NCBI GenBank assembly: GCA_013239625.1
Contig: MU053588.1
Location: forward strand, 335,988 to 399,987
Direction of reading: 5' to 3'
Origin: Lama guanicoe
Lineage: Eukaryota
DNA length: 64,000 bases
Shown: piece after piece, positions 42,001 to 53,769 of the stretch
How the letters are laid out: the number at the start of each line of letters is the position of its first letter
Position numbering within the stretch: position 1 is the first letter of the stretch
The notes under the pieces: generated by a model
What the model saw: the letters and a program-made list of their open reading frames with translations, nothing else
The model's database searches: none
What the model was told of the DNA's origin: nothing
Program-made: the position numbers and the translations under genes

Positions 42001-43064
42001 AAGGAAACCTATTGTACCCTCCAGAATCTCCATAGCAAGACTTCCATACATGATCTCATTTTGACCAAGCAGATTTCACTGCTGGAAATTTAGAGACCAA
42101 GTGTGCACTGTGAGTCACATTTAAGATTAGATCTTCTATCAACATGGTGGCAAAAGTCTGGTTCTCATTGACTGCAGCCCTGGTGATGACTCTAGTACTA
42201 GTACCCAATTTTTAGAATCACAGGGACTGAGTGGCAGAGGCAGTAACAGTGGCAGAGATTTTTCCACCAGTCTAAAAGAGTGTTCAACATTTCTCTTGGT
42301 TTCACTGTCCTTGGTCATTTGCCCTCACTCCCACCCCGAGATTCTAAAAACTACCCACGATCCTTTAATAAATCCCTTTCTACTTAAACTAGCCCTAACA
42401 AATTCTGCTATAAACTAAAAACTTTAACAGAAGGGAAAATAGACAAACTGTGATATATTCATATAATGAAATGCTAGTGCAGACATAAAAATAAATGAAG
42501 CTTATCTGTATATTTCAGCCTGTGAATGTCTCAAAAATGAATAAAGAAATTTATGGAAACATAACATTACATAAAACTTAAAATTATGCAAAATAGCATG
42601 TTTATTGGTACACACACCTCTCATTATTTGAACTTACATTATCAAAATATCCATTTAAGAATTTACAAAATTTTTTAAACCAAAATTCACCATCTGAATA
42701 AAACCCCCTCAATAATGAATCTTGATTCCTGCACTTTGTAACAAGTTTAAATTGAACCAAATATGGGTAAGATGTGGCGGGTACTGTGCTCACATCCCAG
42801 TTTACTTCCCCCCTTGAACCTCTCACTTACATTGTTGAAACATGCTGTGCATTATCACTATAATTTCTCTGAGAATTTGGCCGTTTATGGATACCAGTTC
42901 ACTTCTGTTAGATGCCTGGGGGCACGACCAATCTTGTTTTAGAGAGTATTTTTTAAAAACGTATTTCTTCATTTAGTTTAATTACAGATGTCCCCTAGCA
43001 TTAGAAAATGAAAACAATTTTCTGAGTTTCTTTTGTTAAATAATTATATAATTTTTTTGGTGAC

Positions 43065-43378
43065 TTTTTAAAAAATTGAAGGATAGTCAGTTTACAATGT
43101 GTCGGTTTCTGGTGTACAGCACAATGCTTCAGTCATACGTGAATATATATATATTCATTTTCATATTTTCACTATCGAATATAGTTCCCTGTGCTATACA
43201 GTATAAACTTGTTTATCGGATTTTGTGAGAATACTCCTCTATTTCGAAATGAGAGACACTGTGCCAGAGTTCAGTAGGTGTTCTGTGCGATTCAGTGCAT
43301 TTGTAGATGTAATTCTTGGTGTACTTGTGGGAGAGGGTGAGCTGTGAGTCTCTCTACACCACCATCTTGGCTCCACCC
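43065..43378 (-). mobile_element. Bipartite mini-L1: first ~160 nt of an L1 5' UTR fused to the last ~150 nt of an L1 3' UTR
   Basis: Minus strand gggtggagccAAGATGGtggtgtagagagactcacagctcaccctctcccacaagtacacc... aligns by eye to 2341-2500; joins at 43218/43217 to gataaacaagtttatactgtatagcacagggaac...ttcaat. Confidence 0.8.
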
Positions 43379-43447
43379 AAGAATTATTTAATTTTAAATG
43401 CTTCATGTTAATCAGAAGCTCTCAGTGAATTATACTTTTTTAAAAAC

Positions 43448-43569
43448 TTTTTTGGGGGAGGTAATTAGGTTTATTTATTTAGATGGAGATAATAGGGATG
43501 GAGGTACTGGGTACCCAGGACCTCATGCATGCTAAGCACACACACTATCCCTGAGCTATACCCTCTCCC
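43448..43569 (-). mobile_element. tRNA-derived SINE, camelid Vic-1-like
   Basis: Minus strand gggagagggtatagctcag...gcttagcatgcatgaggtcctggg...aaataaataaacctaattacctccccc. Confidence 0.88.
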
Positions 43570-43687
43570 AGTATTTTATGGATATTTAATAGTGTTCTAG
43601 TTGCACTGAGGAAACTGGAATTTGGAGACAAGCTAGATAGTGCTAAGTATTGAAATACAGGCTCCTGCTATTTAAAAATTAGCCATG

Positions 43688-44051
43688 TTTACCAGGGAGA
43701 AAGAGGAGAAAGGGATAGATTAGGAGTTTGGGATTAACAGATACACATTACTATATATAAAACAGATAAACAACAAGGACCTACTCTATAGCACAGGGAA
43801 CTATATTTAATTTCTTATAATGAACTGTAATGGAAAAGAACTGAAATATATATATGTGTGTGTATATATATATATATATATATAACTGAATCACATTGCT
43901 GTACACCTGAAACTAACAATGTAAATCGACTACAACTTCAATGAAAAATAAGAATAAAAGAAACTTATAAAAGAATAAATAAGGGTGGAGAGAGAAGAAA
44001 AAAGAGAGAAACTTCTTTTCTTAATAAAAAGACAAATATTAAAATTCTGAA
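43688..44051 (+). mobile_element. Short L1 3' end with extra 3' sequence
   Basis: Perfect 14-bp TSD aaaaattagccatg at 43674-43687 and 44052-44065. Confidence 0.88.
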
Positions 44052-44299
44052 AAAAATTAGCCATGCAACACATTTACAATAAGATGCCTGTATATGAACT
44101 GGAATTATACACACTTAATCTGTGACAGTGGTTGCCTAAGGGATAGGAGGGTTAAAAGTTTGAGAAACAGTGGGTCCTTGACATTAACGTTTTACATCTT
44201 TGCTATAAAAATACGAAGCAAACATTATATAATTTTAATGTATTAATTTTACATGGTGCATGATTGTTTTGTTGTATTTTTTGATACAACAAAAAAAGC

Positions 44300-45900
44300 T
44301 TACCCATCCCACAAATTACTTATTAGAACGTTGAAAATTATTGTATTTATAATAGAAAGATCTGGTAGTCACCACCGTAGCAATCAAACAGCAACACCAA
44401 CACTAGGACAAGTTACTATATTTATTTACATAATGACACATTTAATGCTTTCTATTTATGTACAGTGCATCTCCTGCTGAAATAACCAATACACATCGCC
44501 ATGTGGTTTTCTTGCCAAAACTGTTTCTCCTACATTTAATCATGAGGAAACAGAAAAATCCTGAAAATGAGATATTCTGCTAAACCTAAGATTCTAAAAT
44601 GTTAGTGTCAAAAAAGATAAAAAGGTGGCGGTGACTATTCTCAAAAAAGATGAAAAGATGAAAACCTTGATCAGATCAGATTGGAAAAACATTTTATAAA
44701 CCAGTTTTGAGATAATTCTGGAAATTATGTACTTATTTTTAATTTTCTAACATGCATAGTCTTGATGTTAAGACAATCTGCTAGTTTTTAGATGATGCAT
44801 GTTAAAGTATGAGCAAAATATAGTGTTAATAAAGCAAAAAATGTGGCAGGATGTTAACCACTTGTAAGTCTAGGATGTGATGGGTGTTCATTTTACTGTT
44901 TTTTTTTTTAACTTTTCTGTAGTTTTAGAAAACTTCAGAATAAAAAACTGGGAGGAAATAGCCAATAAAATAGCTAATAAAGTTTTTAGCTAATAAAAAC
45001 TTCAAAATACAGAAATATTAGAATATTTAGGAAAACATGAATAATCTTAGAGTGAAAGAAACATTCTATCTAGGCATATCTGACCTATAAAAATGAAATC
45101 TATAACAAAGGATGTATTACAAGTACAAAAGATGGTGAGAAATTATTTTTGTAACCCATATGATAAGATTGTAACCATAAACACACAAAAACTTCCACAG
45201 ATTAGTGAAAGAGAAAAATAATACAAAAGAAATAGGGCAAAATTTATCAATAGGCAATTTACAGAAAATTTAGATGGCCATTAAGCAAATGAAAACAATG
45301 TATCTAATATTTAAAAGACTTCAAATTAAAGCAATGACATAATTTTTCATCAGAAAGGCTGACAAAGAGCACCAAGCGCTATTTAGACTGTGGAGAAATG
45401 TGCAACTCAACACACTGCTAACAAGACAATGTACTGTATCTGGAAAATAATCAGTAATTAGCTATTACAATAAAAATACATACTCTTTGATTCACAAATC
45501 TGATGTAAAAAAATCTATCTTACGGAAATAAACACACACACACACACGCAAGTATTTGTGTATAAAGTTGTTTAATGACAATTGTTTGAAATAGCAAAGA
45601 ACTGGAAACAGCATGAATGTTCCCCAATAGAGGCACAATTTGAATGTGTGATACTTCTACACATGTAGTATCTGCAGCTACCAGTATGAAAATGAGTAAA
45701 TTTGATCTATATGCACCTGGAAAGATGTCCATGATGTATTACACAGGAAAAGTGGCAGACTGATGTCCACACACTGATCTTGTTTAAATATATAAATACC
45801 CATAAACAACCACCTACAAAAGTGTATATTTAAGCATAAAGAAACCTATGGAAAGGTATCGACTGCTTTTAAATGTTAGTTTAGAATGTCAGGTGATTTT
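44300..45900 (+). mobile_element. Old L1MC/ME-like fragments
   Basis: Degenerate ORF2-end and 3' UTR motifs (aataggcaatttacag, gttcattttactg). Confidence 0.6.
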
Positions 45901-47289
45901 TTTCCCCTTTTTGTGTATTTACTATAATTTCTTGTGGAGAGGGGATGCATTATGTGATTTCAGAAGGGCAATTCAAATATGCAAAAAATGTATAATAAAA
46001 ATAAGTTTAATTTCCAATATTTCTTATGAAAATAAACTGTTAGAAGTAGAGAACAAAGTAATGCAATAATGGCCCATTTGACCATCTTTATTCTTCTGTT
46101 TCTTGTACATTTTACCTTAGAAGAGAATCTCCAATTTTGAAAACTTAATTTCTGGACTAAACATACCAGTGATAAAGCTGTCTATTGTGTTATCATGCTC
46201 TTAAAATTCCAGGAACTTGGCTTAAAAAAAAAATTCTCATGTTGAATTAAGATGACACGAGAAGGACTGTGAAAGAAGATGGTTAAAAGATTTTCTTTCT
46301 TTAGGACAACAAAGGTCCCCAACATAGAAAAAAAATGTGATTGATGTACAGAGACAGCACCTTGTTCTCCCCTAAACTTAGTTGGCCACCAGCTATAATG
46401 TTCAGAATTTCCACCCCTGGGATTATCCCTTTGAGCTACAGCAGCATTTACAAAAATAGTTCACATGCAAAAGACATTAAGGCATTATAAGAAGGGATCC
46501 TGGGTCAAATAGTTTGACACATGATAGGTTAAAGTGAAAAAAAAATGGCTTTACTACAATATTTATTACAGCCCTGATGAAATAAAATGAACTTATTGAT
46601 CCAAGAATTGATGTGAAATATGCAGTGATTTACGGCCTTATTTGGCCACAGAATCTTTTTTTCCAATACCATCTGAGTTCTAACATTACATGAAATATAC
46701 CATGGGAAATTTCAGGTTACTATATTATTGCTGAAATTCAATTATTAACACACAGATATTTCCCCACATCAAGCAATTAAAAGCAAACAATTTTAAGATA
46801 GCACATGGTAAATCACTCTTACATTATTGTAAAAACATTTTGCATATGTGGCAATTATGCAATCCACCCAGTAATGATAGGTTTATTCATGATATAATGA
46901 ATTACAAAACCTGAGAATAAAGGCTTTTTCTCAATGGAGGGAGGTAGTGACACCAAAGCAATCTTGCAAAACATGTATGAATTATGAGTCTCTAATTTTT
47001 GGTGTGCAATAACTAAACTTTGTACTAACTGGCAAATCACAGTGTATTTAAATTATATACATTGATAATTTAAAATCTGTTAAACAATAATACTGATAAT
47101 AGCTAATAAAAATATTACGGGAGTGTGTCTTGGCTAGGTAACTTTAAAAACTTCGTATCTTTTTGGAGCCAATTAATTTATAATTCAAATAACAAAAAGA
47201 CTAACAGATTAAATAATTCCAATTTTTATAGAACTGTTGGGATACTAGCACTGATAGTTTGAAAAACTAAAAATCATATATAATTCTTC

Positions 47290-47790
47290 ACAATACTAAG
47301 TGAAATAAGTCAGGGACAAGTACCATATGCTCTCAGTTATACATGGAATCTAAAAAAAAAAAAACAAAAACAAAAAACTCACCAAACTCATAGATAACAA
47401 AGAAGATAGATAACAAAGATTAGATGGGAGGTTGCCAGAGGTAGAAGCAGGGGTGAGTGAAATGGGTGAAGGGTGTCAAAAGGTACAAAACTCTATTATA
47501 AATTATATATATATAAATTATAAAGTAATAAGTCATGGGAATGTAGTACACAGCATAGCAACTATAGTTAATAATACTGTATTTGCATATTTCAAAATTG
47601 CCAAGTAAATCTTAAAAGTTTTCATCAAAAGGAAAAATATACTGTAACTATGTATGGTGAGAGATGTTAAATAGACTTATTGTGGTGATCATTTAAAAAT
47701 ATACATAAATACTGAATATCATGTTGTACACCTGAAACTAAAATGTTTTGTCAGTTATACCTCAGAAAAAAAAAAAAAGAAAAGAAAAAT
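47290..47790 (+). mobile_element. L1MA-like 3' UTR fragment
   Basis: ctaagtgaaataagtcag...tgttgtacacctgaaact, poly-A tail. Confidence 0.85.
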
Positions 47791-48464
47791 AGTTCCTACC
47801 TTGAGAAAAAAAGGTTAAAATTTCATGATGGAAAAAAATCTCTGAAATCATTTAACATTTTCCATAAAAGAAAAATTTTTTTTCAGATTTATTTTTGTAT
47901 ACCAGAAGTTGTTTTTATTTCAGTACATTTGTCTTAAGCCAAATATTAATTTTTAGACATGGCTATTAAGCATTCAGCCAAAGTATGTTTTCAATGGACT
48001 TCTCCAAGTAATAGTATTGCATGAAATTTTAATTTAAATTGTGTACAAATTGGAGTGGTGTAAAATGTATTTCTTCATTTGGGTCACCCTCAAAGAAGTC
48101 TGAAAAAACATCATATACCAAAACCATTCACTAAGAGAATGAAAATGACTTGAGGCTGCATCGAGTCATTTTTTTGGGTCATAGTTATCTCTTGGAAATA
48201 CTATTTCTAAGCTCTGAAATTGTAATTAATCTAGAAAAGATTAAGTCGTAGACATTCTGGTTAAGTGGTATTCCTTTGTATCCTTTTGTCTGTTAGATAT
48301 TATTTACATTTTTCTTATTTATATTTATTATCATTTAAAGCTATTATCTATTATTATCTGCTCCTGTTTGATTTTGATGTTAGGGCTATGCTACTAGCCT
48401 CAAAGAACGAACTTCAAAATTTTTATTAGGGCAAGAGTTGAAAAATTTCAAGTTTACTACTAAC

Positions 48465-51125
48465 TGGTCTAAATTTCTCAAAAAACACAAAGTACCAAAT
48501 CTCACATAAGACAAAATAGATATCCCAAATTGCAAATAACTATTAAAAAAACTGAATTTATATTGTAAAGCTCCCCAAAAAGAAATCCTCAGGCCCAAAT
48601 GACTCCACTGGCAACATTTCACAAACACTAGAAGAATGAACACAAATTTTATAAAACTTCTTCCAAAAAACAGAAGGAATGCTGTCCAACTCATTTTATG
48701 AGGCCAATATTACACTGATCCCAAAATGAGACAGACTAGGAAAAAAAGAACGTCTCTCGTAATTTTTGACATAAAAATCCTCAAAATGTTAGCAAATCAA
48801 ATCCAACAAGGAAATTATACAATCTAAGTAAGTGAGATTTATGACAAGTATACAAGACAGATTTGACATAAAAAAAATCAGTGTAAACCACCATATCAAC
48901 AGGTTGAAGAAGAAAAATCCTATGATCAACTGCCTCAGAAAAATTTCAATTGCTGCAGAAAAAGCATTTGATAAAATCCAACATCTATTCAAGATTTTTT
49001 AAAAAAATCTTTCAGGAAGTTAGGAATAGAGAACTCCTTCAATTTAAAAACAAGCATCTACACAAAACCTTTAGCTGGCATCATACTTAATAGTGAAAGA
49101 TCGAATGTTTCCCCCCTAAGATTAGAAACAAGGCAAGGATGCTCTCACTACAGTTACTCAACATAACAGTAGTCATCTTAATAAAGCAAGCAAAAGAAAA
49201 GACACAGACACTAGAAAAGAAGAAACAATACTGTCCCTGTTTACAGCTGACATGATCGTCTAGGTAGGAAATCCCAAGGAATTTACTAAAAAAATATCTT
49301 CCAGAACTAATTAGTAAGTTTTGCAACAAGGTCATAGATTACAAGATCAACACACAAGTTATTCAGAATCAGTATACAAATTATATTGATATTACAATCT
49401 ATGACTTTGTTGTAGAACTCATTAATTATATAATTTATATACTGCTTTATATATATGTATATGTACATATATAATTTGTGTATACTACTGATTATGTAAA
49501 AACAAAAACAAAATACCACTTACAACTTTTCCAAAGAAAATTAAGTTATACACTTAGAAATCATGTATGAGATCTGTATGCCAAAAATTACAATTCTAAT
49601 AAAAGAAATCAAAGAAGACTGCATTAGTTTCCTAGGGCTGCCATAACAAACTATCCCAAACTTGGTTTAAAACAACTAAACTCTATTTTCTCAAGTCCTG
49701 GGGGCTAGAAGTCTAAAATCAAGGTATTGGCAGGCACATGCTTTCTCTAAAGGCTCTAGGGGATGATCCTTTCTTGCCCCTCCCAGTTTCTAGTGGCTGC
49801 TGGTAACCCTTGGTGTTCCTTGGCTTGCAGATGCATCACGTCAACCTTGCCTCTGTCAACCTTGCCTCTGACACATAGGGAAGATGTGTCTGCATCCATA
49901 TTTGCCTCTTCTTATAAGGATACCAGTCATTAGAGTAATGCCTGCTCTAATCCAATATGACCTCAACTTTATTACATTTGCAAAGTCTCTGTTTCCAAAT
50001 AAGGCCACCTTCACAGGTATTGAGAGTTAGGACTTAAACATTTTGTGGAACACAGTTAAACTCACCATAAAGACCTAAAAATGGATGTATAATCAAATTC
50101 ATGGATTGGAAGACTTAGATAGTAAAGATGTCAATTATCCCCAAATTGAAATTCTATTAAAACAGTAACCAAGACAGGGTAGAACTGGTGGAGGGATAGA
50201 CACATAGGTCAATGGAAGAGAACAGAAAACCCAGAAAGAGACATACAAATATGTCCGGTGGACTTTTGATAAAGGCACAAAAGCAATTCAATGGAGGAAG
50301 ATAGCCTTTTCAAGAAATGGTACTGGAGCAACTGGACCCATAAACCAAAACAAACAGTAACATGAAGCTAAAGCTTATCACATATGCAAAAATTAACTCA
50401 AAATGGATCAGACTTAAATGTAAAACATACAACCATGAAAACTTTAGGCAAAAACACAGGAGAGGATCTTTGGAATCTGGAGGTAAACAAGGAGTCCTTA
50501 GATTTGATACCAAAAGCAAGATCCATAAAAGGAAACATTAATAAGCTAGACTTTATCAAAATTATAAACTTTTGCTCTTCAAAAGACTCTGCTAAAAGGA
50601 TGAAAAGCTAAACTACGCACTGGGAAAAAAACTGTGCAAACCACATATCCAACAAAGGAATAGGATCATCTAGAATAAAGAAAGCAGTCTCTCAAAATCC
50701 AACAGTTAAAAAAAAAACACACAACTAAAAAATGAAGGAGTAAAAGGCACAGTCATTTCACCACATCGGATATAGAGACGGCAAATAAGCACATGAAAAA
50801 GTGTTCATCAGTAGCCACTAGGGAAATGGTAATTAAAACCACAGAGATTTGACTATACACCTATAAGAATGGCTATGATAAAAAGTGGTGACAAAACCAA
50901 ACGCTGATACAGATGCAGAGAAACTGGGTCACTCATGTTCCTGGTGGGAGTGTAAAACGGAAAAGCCACTTTGGAAAATGATTTGTCCATTTCTTACAAG
51001 AGAAACATTCATTTACTATATAATCCAGAAACTACTCTCTCAAACATTTGTACCAAAGAAATTGAAACTTACGTTCACTAAAAACTTACACAAAAATGTT
51101 CACAAGCACCTTTATTTGTAATGGC
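48465..51125 (+). mobile_element. Old L1 ORF2 (degenerate), interrupted by MLT1
   Basis: RT-region motifs gcagaaaaagcatttgataaaatccaaca, gaaacaaggcaaggatg, aaattaactcaaaatggatca. Confidence 0.88.
49620..50069 (-). mobile_element. MLT1C-like MaLR solo LTR
   Basis: tgcattagtttcctagggctgccataacaaac...; 5-bp TSD aagac at 49615-49619 and 50070-50074. Confidence 0.88.
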
Positions 51126-51344
51126 GAAACACTTATTTTTTTCCTTAGGGTTTCCTTTCAGTAAGAATTTTGATTCAGAACAAGGTATAACCTTGCATAA
51201 ATTATATTAAAATATTTTGTTCCAAAATGATTTATCTGATGCTTAGTAGAAGTGATGAAAGATTTACCTTAGGTACTGTATTTGTAAAGTTTCCTTCTTA
51301 TTTGAATTGTAAACAATTAAGATGCTAAATAAAATTAATGTTTA

Positions 51345-51530
51345 CAATAATAACTTTTATTAAGCATAAACTATGTAGTACACAATGCTTTAAGGCTTTA
51401 TATGTATTTACTTCTTCAAATTGCAGAACACTATGAAACATATGACATTGTTTTATGAAACTAAAACAGGGGTTAAGTAAACTTCCCAAAGGAACATCCA
51501 TGTAGTAAACAGTAGTAAACAGTAGAGCTC
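51345..51530 (-). mobile_element. MIR SINE in paralog 3' UTR region
   Basis: aataataacttttattaagcataaactatgt...gaaactaaaacaggggttaagtaaacttcccaaagg. Confidence 0.7.
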
Positions 51531-51637
51531 AGATGATGTTGAACAAGAGAACAATGCTAAATAAGAGAACCCTACATTTTAGGGTTGAGCTCTCATATGA
51601 ATTCACTAATGTCTAACAAGGATTGAAGTATGATGGA

Positions 51638-51786
51638 GAATATGAAAAGGTATATGTATGTATGTATGTGTGTGTGTGTGTATGTATGTGTATATATATA
51701 TACACACATATATATATATGAATCACTATGCTGTACACCAGAAATTAACACAACATTGTAAATCAACTATACTTCAATTAAAACAA
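51638..51786 (+). mobile_element. Very short L1 3' tip with (TA/TG)n expansion in paralog 3' UTR
   Basis: tgaatcactatgctgtacaccagaaatt...tcaactatacttcaatt; TSD gaa(g/a)tatgatgga at 51625-51637 and 51787-51799. Confidence 0.82.
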
Positions 51787-51954
51787 GAAATATGATGGAA
51801 AGCAATTTGGTATTTATATTAACCTAGCATTTCTTTACTGTGAATTCTCTGAAGGTGAGTTACTCATCAGTGAAAGTTAAAAAGGATCCCCACATTCATA
51901 ATCTGAATTTTCTGATATTCCAAAGCTGAATTCAAGGGCAAATAGGTAATGGAT

Positions 51955-53678
51955 CTATAAATTAATTTTTTCATTCAGTTTTTCTCCATTATGAAGCTTC
52001 TGATGTTGAGTAAGGTGTGAATGACGTCTAAAGTCCTTACCACATTCATTACATTTATAAGGCTTCTCACCAGAATGAATTCTCTGATGTTGAGTAAGTT
52101 GTGATCCACGATTAAAGGCCTTCTCACATTCATTACATTTGTATGGTTTCTCACCAGTATGAATTCTCTGATGCTGAGTAAGATGTGAACCACGAATAAA
52201 GGCCTTCCCACATTCATTACACTCATAAGGCTTCTCACCAGTATGAACTCTCTGATGATAAGTTAGCTGTGAGCCACGAATAAAAGTTTTACCACATTCC
52301 TTACATTCATATGGTTTCCTACCAGTGTGAAAAATATGATGTAGATTAAGTTGTGAGGCACAAATAAAGATCATCCCACACTGCTTACATTCATAGGGAT
52401 TCTCACCTGTATGAATTCTTTGATGTTGAGACAGTTGTGAACCATATATAAATGCCTTCCCACACTCTTTACATTCATAGGGTTTTTCACCAGTATGAAT
52501 TCTCTGATGCTGAGTAAGATGTGAGCCACGAATAAAGGCTTTCCCACATTCCTTACATTCAAAGGGTTTTTCACCAGTGTGAATTTTTTGATGTTCAGTA
52601 AGTTGTGAGCCACGAATAAATGATTTCCTACATTCCTGACATTCATAGGGTTTCTCACCAGTATGGATCCTCTGATGTCGAATAAGCTGTGAACCGTAGT
52701 TAAAGTCCTTTCCACATTGCTTACATTCATGTGGTTTCTTACCTATATGGATCCTCTGATGTTCAGTAAGTTGTGAGCCACGAATAAAGGACATGTCACA
52801 ATCTTTACATTTATAGGGTTTTTCACCAGTATGAAGTCTATGATGTAGAGTAAGCTGTGAACCATAACTAAATGCCTTCCCACATTTCTTACACTGATAG
52901 GGTTTCTCACCAGTATGAATTCTCTGATGTTCAGTAAGTTGAGAGCCACGAATAAAGGCCTTTCCACATTCCTTACATTGATAGGGTTTCTCTGCAGTAT
53001 GAACTCTCTGATGGTAAGTTAGTTGTGAGCCACGAAAAAAGGCCTTCCCACACTCCTCACATTCATAGGGTCTTTCACCAGTATGAATTCTTTGATGCTG
53101 AGTAAGATGAGAGCTACGAATGAAGGCCTTCCCACATTCTCTACATTCATAAGGTTTCTCTCCGGTATGAATTCTCTGATGATAAGTAAGTTGCGAGGCA
53201 CAAATAAAGGCTTTTCCACATTCCTTACATTCATAGGATTTCTTAGCAACATGAACTCTCGGATGGTAAGTGAGCTGTGAGCCCTGAACAAAGGCCTTTC
53301 CACATTCTTTACACTCAAAGAATTTTTCACCAGAATGAGTCTTCTGATGTTCAGCCTGTTGAAAGCCTTGGACAAAATATTTTCTGCATGCTTTACATTC
53401 ATACCATTTCCCAGTAGAATGAATTCTCTGTTGTAATGAAAGGGATGTGGTCTGACTAAAATTAGGCATTTCTTCATAGACTGCTAGTTGCCCAAAAAGT
53501 CCCTCTTTATTTCGTGATTGGCTTTCAAACTGGTCTCTGCATTCCCTATCATCTTGAAAACTTTTGCAGTCACACTTATGGCCTGTAAACTGTTCTATTA
53601 TCTCCCACTGAGATGCTTCTAGTTCATAAATTTCTCTTTTTGAAGATAGCTTCTTGGTTTCACACCTGGACTCCCAGT
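51955..53678 (-). CDS. ZNF420-like KRAB-ZNF paralog, last coding exon: linker + 17 C2H2 fingers
   Basis: ORF 51955..53853; acceptor ttcttgtag|AC at 53678 ([12 protein letters not shown]); 17 fingers dominated by RGSQLT helices like those of ZNF420; no stops or frameshifts. Confidence 0.92.
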
Positions 53679-53769
53679 CTACAAGAAAACAAGAAAGTAA
53701 ACAAATGTTATTTTCATATTCCTGGAAAAATGAAACTTCTAAGGTAGAAATGGTGGACTCAAACTGAGT

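Noticed and set aside
43480..43569. tRNA-like sequence (also 28844-28895)
   Set aside because: SINE heads with damaged B box and A-rich tails; not tRNA genes
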